A stretch of DNA of 64,000 bases from Eledone cirrhosa (GCA_964016885.1 OZ024740.1:50778001-50842000); one strand, 5' to 3'; counted from the first letter of the stretch, positions 1-12,396 are shown. Notes: a model not told the origin generated them from the sequence alone. Numbers and translations are program-made.

Positions 1-1508
1 AGCGTCACTACGCCCTGGCTCACAGAACTGGGAATACTCCCGTTTTGCTGCCAGTTGCAGTAGAGGGCTTCGAGGAGATTGGAGAACAAGTCTGGCATAT
101 TTACGTAAAGCTCATAGGGCAGACCATCCAAACCAGGTGACTTGCACCTCATGTAGCCTACAAGGGCATCCTGAATCTCGGCTGAAGTAATTGGCCTTTC
201 GCAGCGCCCAGCATCAGCCGTCGAGAGTTGCGGCAAGCCATCGAGGTAGGGACTGAAGTCCGCCACCATCTCTGACCCGCCACTTCCCCCGAACAACCGA
301 GCAAAATGTTGGCGAAAGGCCTCACACATCCTCTTGGAATCGTTCAGCTCGTGCCCATCTCGGTCTGTCAAAGACCGAATCGTGGTTTTATTACCACGCT
401 GCGCCTCTGCCACGTGGGCCCATCGAACAGCTTTGGTTCCCTCGTTTCTCAGAGCATGCGCCTTAGCTCTGACAATGCAACCTTCGTGTTTCGCATTGAA
501 GAAATGGTCTAATGCCATTCTCGCCGCTAGCACATCAGTTGCAATGCCACTACCAATAGCCTCGTCTAACTTATCTACCAACTCCCCCTCCTTTCTATTT
601 TTCTCTAATGCTACTTCTTTGCTAAACTCTATCGACATTACTCTAATCTCTCTTTTGAGAGCCCCCCACAATCTATTGTTGACGACACCCCCTGTCAACT
701 TTTTCTTAACTAAATTGTTGACCTGGTCCCCGTAAGCCTTACGTGCCGTAAATGACATGTTTAGCTTCCAGTAACCAGGTCCTAACCTACGCATCTTATC
801 TAGGTCGACCATACAGATCACAAACTTGTGATCTGAATAGGCGACCATTTCAAAACGTGGACAGCTTACACTATTTCTGTCTATTTTCCTAATGAATATC
901 CTGTCTATATACGATCTAGATGACCCTATGAGGTTAGCCCAGGTCCACACTGGCGCATTAGGGAAATCTAGTCGGTACCTGTCAGACAGTTGGAACTGGC
1001 TGATCAGGTTCTTGAGGCTTTTGTACCCCCCGCTCCTATCGGATACTCCCACACAGTCCCAGCGTGCGTCTAAGATGCCGTTACAGTCCCCCGCTAACAG
1101 TAAAGGGCGAGACGTACCCAGAAAGGCTTCCAGGCGTCTAAAGAAGTCCAGCCGTCCTGCCCCAGTAGGAGCATAGACGGCCACCAGTCTAAAGGCACCA
1201 CTTTCATTATTGTTCGCGTCCAGGACCACCAACTTCCCGTCCGGGTCCCGGAAGATCGATCTTACCTCGAGATCCAGGCCTTTCCTAAACAGCACTGCCA
1301 CCCCGCCTCCCATTCCCGGCCGGCTAACAGATGCAAAGATCTGATAGTCGTCGAAAATGGGGGCTAGTGCGCGCGTGTCAGAAATCCTGGTCTCGTTGAC
1401 TGCAATTACATCCATTTCTATAGACCTGAGGTCGTTGAGCAGGTGACCCTGCTTCCAGGACGATCCCAGGCCTCGAACATTTAAACATCCTACTCTTAAT
1501 ACGGCCAT
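1..1508 (-). CDS. Tx1 ORF2 (APE endonuclease plus start of reverse transcriptase), partial and open to the window edge
   Basis: Manual translation from the ATG at 1508: MAVLRVGCLNVRGLG..VIAVNETR..VAVYAP..LAGDCN..SYIDRIF..YSDHK..PGYWKLN..KSPGLDGLPYE. No stop in about 502 codons. Missing from the ORF track, probably because it has no stop inside the window. Confidence 0.92.
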   Translation of the reverse strand, partial: MAVLRVGCLNVRGLGSSWKQGHLLNDLRSIEMDVIAVNETRISDTRALAPIFDDYQIFASVSRPGMGGGVAVLFRKGLDLEVRSIFRDPDGKLVVLDANNNESGAFRLVAVYAPTGAGRLDFFRRLEAFLGTSRPLLLAGDCNGILDARWDCVGVSDRSGGYKSLKNLISQFQLSDRYRLDFPNAPVWTWANLIGSSRSYIDRIFIRKIDRNSVSCPRFEMVAYSDHKFVICMVDLDKMRRLGPGYWKLNMSFTARKAYGDQVNNLVKKKLTGGVVNNRLWGALKREIRVMSIEFSKEVALEKNRKEGELVDKLDEAIGSGIATDVLAARMALDHFFNAKHEGCIVRAKAHALRNEGTKAVRWAHVAEAQRGNKTTIRSLTDRDGHELNDSKRMCEAFRQHFARLFGGSGGSEMVADFSPYLDGLPQLSTADAGRCERPITSAEIQDALVGYMRCKSPGLDGLPYELYVNMPDLFSNLLEALYCNWQQNGSIPSSVSQGVVT

Positions 1509-1539
1509 GTTGGCAGGTTAAACAGAGAGAGAGGAAGGT

Positions 1540-3512
1540 TTACTTACCTTCCGGGCTCTTGTGAAGGTCGGGTTGTTCGACCTCCATAGTTAGTGGGGTT
1601 TCTTTTGGGAACCCCTTTAAAAGTCTTGAAGTGGGTTTTACGTTCGGGGTTCCCACGTCCCGAGGAAAGCTGTCTCGTATTTCTTTGAATATGTCGAGCG
1701 ACATTCGCACCAGAACCAAATCTTCCGGCACGCGAAATGTGCTCGATTTAAAAATTGCCGCCTCTTTTTGTATATTTTCACTTCGTGCTACGAGGGCCAT
1801 CAGTTCCTTGTTGGCCCTCCTGACGAGCACGAAGTTTTGTATGTTTTGTTGGTGTGATTTTATTTGTTTGCGTGGTTGTGGTGGTGATAGTTTTGGTGGT
1901 GTTGTTTCGGTTGTATCTGTGTTTGTTGTGAGTGCGGTGTCTGTGGTTTCAGATGTTTGTGTGTATATTTGTTCTTGCGTCTGTTTCGGTTGTTTGCGTT
2001 TGGGGGATTCTGGTGATGGTGATGGTGATGTTGATATTGGTGTTATTGGAGAGATGTTTGCGTGGGTGGTGTCTGCATTTTTTTTATTGTGGGTGCTTTT
2101 GTGCTTTGTTGAGTTTTTTTTTCTTTTTGTGTTTCCTTTTTTGTATTTTGGGGGATTTGGGATTTCCTTCATCTTCACTACAGGTAGGTGAGGGGTCTGT
2201 GTCTGTAAGTGTGTCTGTATGTATGTTTAAGGTTTTATTGGTGTGTGTATTTTTGGGAGGAGGGGGAATTTGACAGCTTTCCTCGTTTCCCCCCTGGGTG
2301 GTCAATGTTGGTGGTGGTCTTTCTATTGGTGTTGTTGTTGGTGGTTTTGCCGGTGCAGGTGTTGGTTGTGGTCCTCGCCCCGGCGTCGGCAGCAGTGGAG
2401 CCTTTCGACCCCTTGCCTCTTTCAGCAGTTGAGGGCAGAAGGCTCGCAAATGGGTTTTTTCCCCACAAACAAAACACTGCGGCCTTTTGCCTTCGGTCAT
2501 AATGTGAATGACAGTCCCATTCTGAAGGCGGATGTAGTCTGGGATTGTCTTCACATTCTTGGGCCTGATCTGGAGAAGGATCTCCAGGTCAACCCCAGAC
2601 CAGTCCTCTCTGGCCGTTCTGGTCACTTCTATAGGGACTGTATCCGTCCCCTCCACAATCACACATCCCAGAAGCCACCACATGTCAAGTCCTGGTGGGA
2701 TTCTGGGAATGCAGGGACGGGCCGTTCTTTTTCCCATGTGGGAGGGGTACATTATGACCTTGCTGGTTTTGCAAGGAGTCATAGCGTGTTTCATAGCGAG
2801 GGCTTCTGACTTAAACAACACCGAAATGGTGCTGTACTGTCTGCCCCTCTCTATGTATTGGGTGTCTTCTCTGATGTACCTCAGCGCGACTTCGACATCT
2901 TCTTGTGGGATTAACGCTGCACTTTTGGTTTGTGCTGAGATGCATCCATAATGCACCGTTCTGCGCTCCACTGCCTCAATAGCTTCTACCGGGACAGTTA
3001 AGTTGGCCCAAGTTTGCTCTTGCTTGATGAGCTTCCATGCCTGGGCCAACTTTTCATCTTTGTTTGAGAGGTCCATGTTGAAGCATGGCCTCTTTTTTGC
3101 TGCTGCCGCAGCGAAAGTGGTCTTGTTTTCGTTGGGGGTGTTGTTGACGTTGTTCTTGTTGGTGTTGTTGTTAGCACTGTCGCTGTTATCATTGTTGTCT
3201 TTGTTGCCACCGTTGTTCTCGGTGCAGTTGGTATTGTTGCTGTTGGTGTTGTCGCTATTTGTTTTCATGTTAGTGGTGTTGATATTGTTGTATTTGTTAT
3301 TTTTTTTTTGTTATCTGTATTTTCGTTGTCGCTGTTACTGTCATTTTTTTCAAAATTAGAGTTCTTATTGGTATCATTGGTGTCTTTGTTTACATTGTTT
3401 GTGGTGGTGTTTGTGTTATCAATGTGTGTTAATTTCGCTGTAGCGCTCCTCTCAACTTCTACGTCGTTGTCGCACGACAGCCGACATATCGCTGGGGGCG
3501 TGGCTCAGCCAT
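1540..3512 (-). CDS. Tx1 ORF1 (gag-like, zinc knuckle), frameshifted
   Basis: ORF 2084-3268 contains GKRPQCFVCGEKTHLRAFC, and ORF 1540-2178 overlaps it. The likely start is gaaaaaaaaaacATGG at 3512, which matches the paralog at 56883. Confidence 0.8.
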
Positions 3513-4562
3513 GTTTTTTTTTTCTTCGTAAATTTTTTAACATGTAAAAAAAAAGTTCAAATATTTGGGCCAAAAGGCCCAAATATTATACTTTCCCCTT
3601 CACGGTGAAAGTCTAAGGGCTTATATCCCTTACACAACAAGAAATATTTAACAACAAATAATTTTAACAGGCAAATAAAGCGACTTACTGTGAGCGAGCA
3701 AAATACGTCCGCTTAGACCAATAATAATAATAATAATTCGTTAGTTGCTGACTTGTAATAAGACAGATGTGGATTGTCTTTAACTTCCCAGAACTCAAGG
3801 AGGCAGAGGCTTGACTCAGTTTGAACTATCTTACAAAACCACCACAATTAAACTGGTTAAATGTCTTATAGCAAGAAACAACTGGATGCTGAAACTCATT
3901 GAAAAACATGAGAGGAGTAAGAAGCTTGATTCGATCTTCAAAGAGAGAAAAAAATTTACTACTGATCTCATGACTAATATCCAGGGTGGACTAACCGAGG
4001 GAAATGTGGCAACTGTTGTTGCAAAACAAGTAAAATTAATGGCTAAGAAAAAAGAGGATGAAAAATTAACACTGAGTTGGGAGCAGAAACCTCTGCATGC
4101 CAAGTATGTGGCCCATAGCAAACAAGTTGATATTGATTAGAAGCACACCCATCAGTGATTACGTTGCTCAGGACTAATGGTAGAGGGTGAAAGCTTCATC
4201 TTAGCTGCCCAAGATCAAAACTTGGAACTATAAGCTAATGTAGTAGATCCAAAGTGCAATGATGTGATTGAAACAGTGGATCACTTAGTCTTTGGATGTA
4301 AAGTTTTAACATCAGTAGAATATAATTGAATGCATAACAGAGTTGGCCAATATCTACACTGGTTAATATGTCAGCATTATAAAATCAAAACTGCTGATAA
4401 GTGGTACAATCATCACTCTGAGGCTGTAACTGTAACGATTCTTTGGAACTTTCCGGTACATGCTGAAGAACCATCAAAGGTTCCGTCTGCATGTACCAGA
4501 AAATCCCAAAGAATCGTGACATTTACAGCCTTAGAGTGATGATTGTACCACTTATCAGCAGT

Positions 4563-5010
4563 GAAGGTGCATGGCTCAATGGTTAGATCATTGGGCTTGC
4601 AAATCAAAAGGTTGTGAGTTCAATTCTCGGACCAGGTGATGTGTTGTTTCCTTGAGCAAGACACATTATTTCACATTGCTCCAATTTACTCAGCTGTAGA
4701 AATGAGATGATAGGACTGGGGTCCCTATCATTCCACTGCAAACTGATTGTGGAGGTGCCACGACAAAAAAGCACCCAGCCCACACTGTAATGTGGACGTG
4801 TAGGTGCCACAGAAAAAAAGCACCCAGCACTCACTGTAAATGAGGTTGGTGTTAGGAAGGGCATCCAGCTGTAGAAATCAAGCCAGAATCAGTTCCCGTA
4901 TGAGCAAGACAAGGTCAGCCAACCGGACACTACCCACAACAGGACAACCCGTCTAACCCATGCTAGCGTGGAAGAACGGACGTAAAATGGTTATGGTGAT
5001 GATGAGGATG
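4563..5010 (+). mobile_element. tRNA-derived SINE with long RTE-type tail
   Basis: A box tggctcaatgg, B box gttcaattc, core ccttgagcaagacac; tail ...cccatgctagcgtggaagaacggacgtaaaa followed by (GAT)n. Confidence 0.85.
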
Positions 5011-5350
5011 ATCCCATATGATCACAATATTGTGACAAAAGAATGACAAGCCCAGAAAATATAAAGACTTGCAGATTGAAATTGAAAAATGTGGCATCTT
5101 AAGGTGGTTACAATACCACTGATTGTAGGATCACTATGAACGATAAAAAAAGGAACAAAGAATTATTTTAGAATGATCCCTGGCTTACCTTCACTACAAA
5201 ACATGCAAAAAAACCTGTTTTAACTGGTACAGCATGCATATTGAGAAGAGCGCTATTGCTGTGAGAAAGATAATCATCTATGAAATTTTTTTACTTTTCT
5301 TTATTAGATTATATTCCATGATTATATTCCATGATTATATTCCATGATAT

Positions 5351-5700
5351 GGAGGCACATGGCTTAGTGGTTAGAGCATTGGCCTTGCAATCGAAAGGTT
5401 GTGAGTTCAATTCTCAGACCGGGTGATGTGTTGTTTCCTTGAGCAAGACACTTTATTTCACATTGCTCCAGTTTACTCAGCTGTAGAAATGAGATGATAG
5501 GGACTGGGGTCCCTATCATTCCACTGTAAAGTGGTCGTGGAGGTGCCACGGCAAAAAAGCACCCAGCCCTCACTGTAAATGAGGTTGGTGTTAGGAAGGG
5601 CATCCAGCTGTAGAAATCAAGCCAGAATCAGTTCCCGTCCCACCCTTGCAAGCAGGGAAAAGTGGACGTAAAATGAAATGATGATGATGATGAAATGATG
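5351..5700 (+). mobile_element. tRNA-derived SINE with short RTE-type tail
   Basis: ggaggcacatggcttagtggttagagc..gagttcaattc..cccacccttgcaagcagggaaaag followed by (GAT)n. Near-identical to the 25313, 30099 and 35816 copies. Confidence 0.9.
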
Positions 5701-7299
5701 ATTATGTAAGTTGTTAATAATTGAGCACTCTTATATGATCGAATATCATTCTGTTGTAAATATGATTTTAAACAATGTGGACATGTATAAGGTAAATAAT
5801 ATATTTGTAACTGTGTAAAGTGCATGACGTGAACAATCTGGTGTGTTTATTTTTGTGGCTTACAATGTATGTTGTGAGTTTCTCTGCTCTAGGTGTTGGT
5901 TAGACACTTGGCAAGAAATGGAAACAAAACTGAAGGAAAAGGAAAAACAATTTTCAGTGAGTAGGAACAAGATCAATGTAGCCAATTGGATCAATACTGA
6001 TGGTTCTATTACCCAATAAGCCAGTATCTAATTTATTATGTAAACGGATTACACTGGCTCAAATGCATCCTGTTTTGTTAAGCTGAGGTTTCCATCTATG
6101 AACGATTATCTTTATTGACTTCAATGGTTAAATGTAAGATATGGTGTTCAGGGTTTTCTCATGAGAATTAGTGATAGAAGAGAGGTAAAATGGTTTTCCA
6201 TGAATAGAGAATGCATTGTGAATTTGATTGGTCAAAACCCTATAGCCATTTCTTTAGAATTTGCCTTTATGGATGCCTACGTAACTAAAATATGTATGTC
6301 TATACAGTGACTTGTCTGTACCTGTTATGCATACCGGCCCAGCAAAAATTAAACATATAAATACTTGCACATGTTTGCACATGTCTGACTGCATTTAGAA
6401 TAAAATGGTGTATTGTAGAGCAAGATGTATTGTATGTATTTTATCTTTCTATTGAAATTTTCATAGTAAACTTTAAGTGAGAATCTTTTTTCATTTTATT
6501 TCAAAACTTGCATGCATTTAGTGAAAAGTCTGAATTATTAAGCTCTTGCAAACACACCTCTAAATATCTATTTTGTAATTATTTTGTTCTTCAGGGTTAA
6601 CCCTTTTGATGAGTCTCTAAGTAAATGGATTTTTTACTGCACACTTGCTATATTTCATTTTTGTACATCATCAATTTCACAATTTAGCTATCTTACACAT
6701 CCACTTATTTCTTTTAAAATTGTCCTTTATTATATGTTGCCAATTTTCTTTTAATTGTATTTTTCTTTCCTTTTCTCTACATTCACTATTTTTACATTCA
6801 TATATTTATACATGTCATACATACTTAGTTATTTATACATATCATACAGCAGTGACTATGCTGTTTAACAAGACAGGATGGTCACTGCTGGAATGCCTTT
6901 TATAATTGTAACTCTGCTTGATCTGAAATCACCTGGGGCGAGCCAACAATAACAGCAACATCAAGAATAGTGTCTTTGCTGCCTATATAACGAACCTGAT
7001 TTCTTTCTATGGAATGTATCTTAGCCCAAAGAACATTAGCTCTTTGTGTTAAACACATCCAGCAAGTTCACTGAAAACCATGTATGTGGCTCCACTCTAC
7101 ACATTGTTGCCTCCTTAATATCATTACTTCTCACATGAAAAAATAAATCAGATGCTTTTTCAACATACCTTGTACATACACACATATATACACATATAAT
7201 ATATTTTTATATATAGATGTACATATACATATAATATATATATATTATATATCAATCTGTACAGTAAAAAGATGATATATAGTTAGTTCAAAAATAAGC

Positions 7300-8203
7300 A
7301 AGAGATGCAAAAACAAAGTCTTTGGCTCATGCTTGAAAACCTAATAAAACTTTGTGTGTGTGTGAACCTAATAAGACTGTGTGTCTGTGTGTGTATATAT
7401 ATACATACATACACACACACATACTGACATAGTTCTATCAGAAGAACCCTAATAGAATAGATGTTATCAAATCCAGCAACTATTTCTCAGTAATTTCTAG
7501 AGTTCATGAAAATGGAACTACAGAGGACATCAGATGGAATGATTTGTGTTTACAAATTCCAACGTCTCTGATACATACATACATACATACATACATACAT
7601 ACATACATACATACATACCCATATATGGATACATACATACATATAAAATTACACACACATACACGTCCCACCCTTGCAAGCAGGGAAAAGCGGACGTAAA
7701 ATGATGATGATGATGATGATGATACATATATGCACATGTACATACATATACATATACATGCATACATACATACAAACATCAAACATACATACACAAACAC
7801 ATACATAATACATACCCACACATATATGCATACATACATATACACACACATACATATATGCACATGTACATATCCATATACATGCATAAATACATACAAA
7901 CATCAAACGTACACACATACATACATACAGGGAGATAGGGAGATAAATTGAGTGGAAAATGGAGAGAGTTAGTGGAAGGGAGATTGAGAACAAAAGAAAG
8001 AAATATAATTAGAGAGAGAGAGAAAAGAAAGAAGGTGATGTCTAATTTGATAGTGGCATAGGCAAACATTTCTTTTACACTATTCTCTATTTTGGTTTAA
8101 TATTGTGATAATAATGATTCTTTTGTTTGGACACAAACCAATTGATATTGTAGAGAAAAAAACCTCCTAGTCATCGCCCCTCCTCCTCCTCCTCCTCCTC
8201 CTC

Positions 8204-8240
<37 letters not shown>

Positions 8241-8320
8241 CCACCACCATCATCATCACCACTACCACCACCATCATCACCACCATCACCATCATCATCA
8301 TCATCATCATCATCATCATT
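7300..8320. repeat. Compound microsatellite field (CA/TA/TACA/GA/CAT) containing an isolated RTE/SINE tail at about 7663-7722
   Basis: Visible simple repeats; the overlapping ORFs are low-complexity. Confidence 0.85.
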
Positions 8321-8574
8321 TAACATCTGCTTTCTCCTACTAGAAAGGGTTAGACAGGTTGCCACAGACCAAGTCAGTACTTAATTAGAACTACTGACTT
8401 TTCCAATTAACTGTGAGGTCTGCATCTCATTTACACTTTTTCAAGGGCAACAGATACATTTTAGGGAAAGAATGTATTAGATGAAATAACCCCAATAAAT
8501 ATCTGGTATCCATTTTGTCAAATTAAAGGGATCTTGATCATTGAATACAGAGCATGTGCAAAGATCAGACAGAA

Positions 8575-8955
8575 ATGAGGTGGACATGCTTCAATTGGTG
8601 TGTAATGTTAATGTACATGAATGACAAAGTACAAATGAGTTGAAGAAAAAACTGGGCATAAGAAGTATTAGATGTGTATAAAAGAGATTTTGTTGGTATG
8701 GACACATAATGCATATGATCACCGGATGAAAAAATACCAGGAATTCTAAGTAGTAGGAAGCTCAGGAAGTGGAAGACCAAGGACGACTTGTATGGGTTGG
8801 ATGGGTTTGCTCCAGCACAGATTCTTTCCACCTGTCCTGTCCCCTAGTCATCTCCACAGTTAGGTTCAGCACTTAGGACAGATGGAAAGATGTGCTGGAG
8901 CAAACCCATCCAACCCATGCAAGCAGGGAAAAATGGACATAAAACTGATGGTGAT
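8575..8955 (+). mobile_element. Decayed RTE 3' fragment with an internal inversion
   Basis: RTE C-terminal remnant and tail cccatgcaagcagggaaaaatggacataaaa. Confidence 0.65.
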
Positions 8956-8975
8956 TATATCTAATATATATTTGT

Positions 8976-9110
8976 GAAGGCGCGTGGCCGAGTTGTTAGA
9001 GAACTGGATTCGCAATCGTGAGGTTGTGAGTTCGATTCCCGAACCGGGCGATGCGGTGTGTTCTTGGACAAGACACTTTATTTCACGTTGCTCCTTCTAC
9101 CTGGAGTTGC
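8976..9110 (+). mobile_element. tRNA-derived SINE head and core
   Basis: gaaggcgcgtggccgagttg..gagttcgattcc..cttggacaagacactttatttcac. Confidence 0.75.
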
Positions 9111-9149
9111 AACCGATAGATAGTATTAGCAATTGGAAAGACCAATGGA

Positions 9150-9994
9150 AACATTGTTTCCTCGGTCCGATTTGACGAAAGTCGATCGACTGTAAGAAAA
9201 AAAAAAATATATATTTGTGAAATGGGTGGTGGTTGAAATTCAGATGTGCACAGTTAAATGGTAGTAGACGTGGTCGGACGGACATGAAAATTTACACACC
9301 TATGTAAAAAGTACCAAGGAAGCAAATAGATGAGGTTTCAAATCTCTAACTTGAAAAATGTGGTCCCTAAGGCCCCCAAACGGTCTGTTTACTATCACGT
9401 TCGGTGAGTTATTTCCCCCTGTTCTAATACTTGGATGAGTTATTTACAATTTCATACACATTTTTAAACTCATCAACGTTCTTTCGCTGTTAACATACAG
9501 TACCAATAATTTGAAAAATATTATTGAAAGTTTATTATAAAGAAGCAATTTCAGGAAAAAAAAATAGAAATATGCACTTGGGGCTGGACGGCGTACAATG
9601 AGAAGTGGAGCGACGTGAAAAGCGTTGTTTATTAACAGCGAAATAGCAATGTCCATGATATGCAAGTTTGAAAATGCAGAAGTACGTTTCATTTTTATTT
9701 TTCAATTACAGTTGCTCTATATTAAATTTAAATACTTCTATAACGATCATACAGTACCGTTTTATGAAATCGATTCTGCAGTAGAATTTTACGAAATGCC
9801 AAATCGAAAAAGGTCACTGTTTTCTAACAAAAGAAATAAAACCCTTACCTTCTCATTGTACGCCGTCCAGCCCCAAGTGCATATTTCTATTTTTTTTCCT
9901 GAAACTGCTTCTTTATAATAAACTTTCAATAATATTTTTCAAATTATTAACTTAATAAAAAGTGGCCCCGGGTGCAACCGGGCTCAGCTGCTAG
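9150..9994 (+). mobile_element. Non-autonomous Helitron-like element
   Basis: 3' GC-rich hairpin gccccgggtgcaaccgggc followed by CTAG|T at 9991-9995. The 5' boundary is uncertain. Confidence 0.6.
9505..9948. repeat. Inverted repeat with about 100 bp arms (9505-9605 and 9849-9948), MITE/foldback-like
   Basis: The arms are near-perfect reverse complements. Confidence 0.8.
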
Positions 9995-10010
9995 TATATA
10001 TATATATATA

Positions 10011-11035
10011 TCCCCTCAGGGAAAGGTGTAGGTAGGAACTCCATCCTCTACCCCAAATGCAAACAATGGGTACGCAAGACATGTAGTGGGATCTCAGGAA
10101 GCTTAACTAAGAATGTAGGCTTCATATGTAGAAGCTGTGCTGGGACAGCAATCAGCAAATGGCCACAGGAAACAAGCACCACCAAACTCTGGGAGGGCTC
10201 TGTAGAAACAGTAGACAGCTTCTGCTACCTAGGTGACCGAATTAGCAGCGGAGGTGGGTGTTCAGAAAGTACAATAACTAGGGTAAGAACGGGATGGAAG
10301 AAGTTCAGGGAGCTACTGCCACTGCTAGCTGCAAAAGGCTTTTCCTTCAAAATGAAAGGCAGACTGTATGATGCATGTATATGAAAAGCAATGTTACATG
10401 GTAGTGAGACCTGGGCGCTGTCTATAGAAGACTTACGTAGATTAGAAAGAAACGAAGCTTGCATGCTCCGATGGATGTGTAATAGTAATATATGTGAACG
10501 GCAAAGCATAAACAAATTGAGAGAGAGAGTGAGCATAAGAGGAATCAAATGCTGTGTGCAGGAGAGGAGGTTGCATTGGTATGGACATGTAATGACAGCT
10601 GCATAAAAAGGTGCACTAGAAGTCGATGGAAGCCGCAGAGTGGGTAGACCCAAGAAGACCTGGGATGAGGTGATAAAAGCCGACCTTACCCAATTGCACC
10701 TTTCAAGGCCAATGACACACGACCATGACCTCTAGCATCATGCAGTAATACAGAAGACCCGACTTCCCATGGGTACAAGCCGAAGCTGAATCATATAGAC
10801 AATATGCCCCCACCCCCTCCCACTGCAAAGTGGTCGTGGAGGTGCCACGGCAAAAAAGCACGGCAAAAAGCACCCACCACTCACTGTAAATAAGGTTGGT
10901 GTTAGGAAGGACATCCAGCTGTAGAAATCAAGCCAGAATCAGTTCCCGTATGAGCAAGACATAACATGGATAACCCATCTAACCTATGCTAGCATGGAAA
11001 AATAGATATTAAATGGTGATGATGGTGATGATGAT
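10011..11035 (+). mobile_element. RTE LINE 3' fragment
   Basis: PHD remnant, MLHGSETWAL, ERRLHWYGHV, 3'UTR and (GAT)n tail; sits between (TA)n tracts. Confidence 0.9.
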
Positions 11036-11179
11036 ATATAGCAATATAAGAGAGTATATAATTGCCAAATAGTTTTATACAAAGCTCAATGTGTTTATGT
11101 AGTAATGTCTGGAAGAAATCAGAGATACTTTTAAAGGAAAAGATACAGAAAGAGAGATGTAAACACAGAACATATATAA

Positions 11180-11657
11180 ACTAACAAAAAGATTGAATCA
11201 GGTTCTTAACTCATTTAATACTTTACAATAGTTTCAGCAATACAATGGCTCATTACACAATTAGTTAAAAGGATAAATTTATGTATAACATGTGTAAAGA
11301 AAAATAAATAGAAATAAAAAGAAAACATAGCACTACCACATTGGAAGCAAAACTAAGTATAAAAATAAAACAAAAATACGTCAAAGTCCAGCCCTATAGG
11401 GCAAGGTGCCGACCAGTGGAGATTACATTTCAGTATGACGGACTGAATATTTTACTTACAAATTCGGCATATTTTTGTTTTATTTTTATGGTTATTTTTG
11501 CCTCTGGTAATGTTATGTTTTCTTTGTCTTTTTCTTTATTTTTCTTTATACGTGTTATACATAAATTTATCCTTTAGAATAACTGTGCAATGATCCAAGG
11601 CACCACTGAAACTATTGTAAATCTTTGAATGAATTAAGAACCTGATTTGATCTTTTT

Positions 11658-11660
<3 letters not shown>
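11180..11660. repeat. Diverged palindromic element ending at (TA)n, with degenerate hammerhead-like motifs
   Basis: 11185-11380 is the reverse complement of about 11468-11655, with many mismatches. Confidence 0.7.
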
Positions 11661-11695
<35 letters not shown>

Positions 11696-11882
11696 TCATC
11701 ATCATCATCAATTAGATTTTATCATCATATCAATTCAGCACCCATGCTTGCATGGGTTATACAGGTCGTACATGACGGGAGGAGGCAAGTCTGGCCAGAG
11801 CTGGCCATGCTACACCTTGCTCTGGCAAGGACTGTAAATTTGACCGGGTATTTTACAGCTGGATGCCCTTCCTAACACCAAC

Positions 11883-11915
<33 letters not shown>

Positions 11916-12364
11916 TCATGTACAAGTTAAGACCTCGGACAAACACATATGCACCCACACTTACAATCATATTTTCAGGGCAGAATTCCAAATTCTAGAT
12001 CAGAAGCAAAAATTAGTGGCTCAAAGCTTAGATGTAAAATAGTTTCGGAAATTCTGAAAACATTTGACTTTTTAAACTTAAGAAAGTTATTTATTTCAAT
12101 CTAAAATAAATAAATGAATAACAATGAAAAAAAAAAATATATATATACATATATAAAAAAAAACACACAGTCCACGCTGTAATGTGGCCGTGTAGGTAAG
12201 ACGATAAAAACCTCCCAGTTCACACTGTAAACGTGGTTGGTGTTAGGAAGGGCATCCAGCTGTAGAAAACCTGCCAGACAGTCCTATACAAGCAAGACAA
12301 CCAATGTTGCCTCAATGATGCTAGCGTGGAAGATAGGCGTTAAACGATGATGATGATGATGATG

Positions 12365-12396
<32 letters not shown>

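Larger units (their letters stand above)
1..3719 (-). mobile_element. Tx1/L1-group non-LTR retrotransposon, 5' half (5'UTR, ORF1, start of ORF2); continues beyond the window start
   Basis: ORF1 has a CCHC knuckle and ORF2 has an APE domain followed by the RT N-terminus. The 5' end abuts (ATT)n on the minus strand. Homologous to the 56670-62798 element. Confidence 0.93.
3738..5950 (+). mobile_element. 5'-truncated Dong/R4-clade (RLE) LINE, decayed and interrupted by two SINEs
   Basis: Motifs LPRTQGGRGL, WEQKPLHAKY, FILAAQDQ, ETVDHLVFGC, HNRVGQYLHW and KYKDLQIEIEK. Begins right after (AAT)n. Confidence 0.8.

Noticed and set aside
5351-5425. tRNA-like sequence
   Set aside because: It is a SINE head fused to a core and LINE tail, with no complete cloverleaf.
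7440-7570. Coding-looking island (VHENGTTEDIRW) as a possible host exon
   Set aside because: No convincing splice donor; it resembles an old LINE RT remnant.
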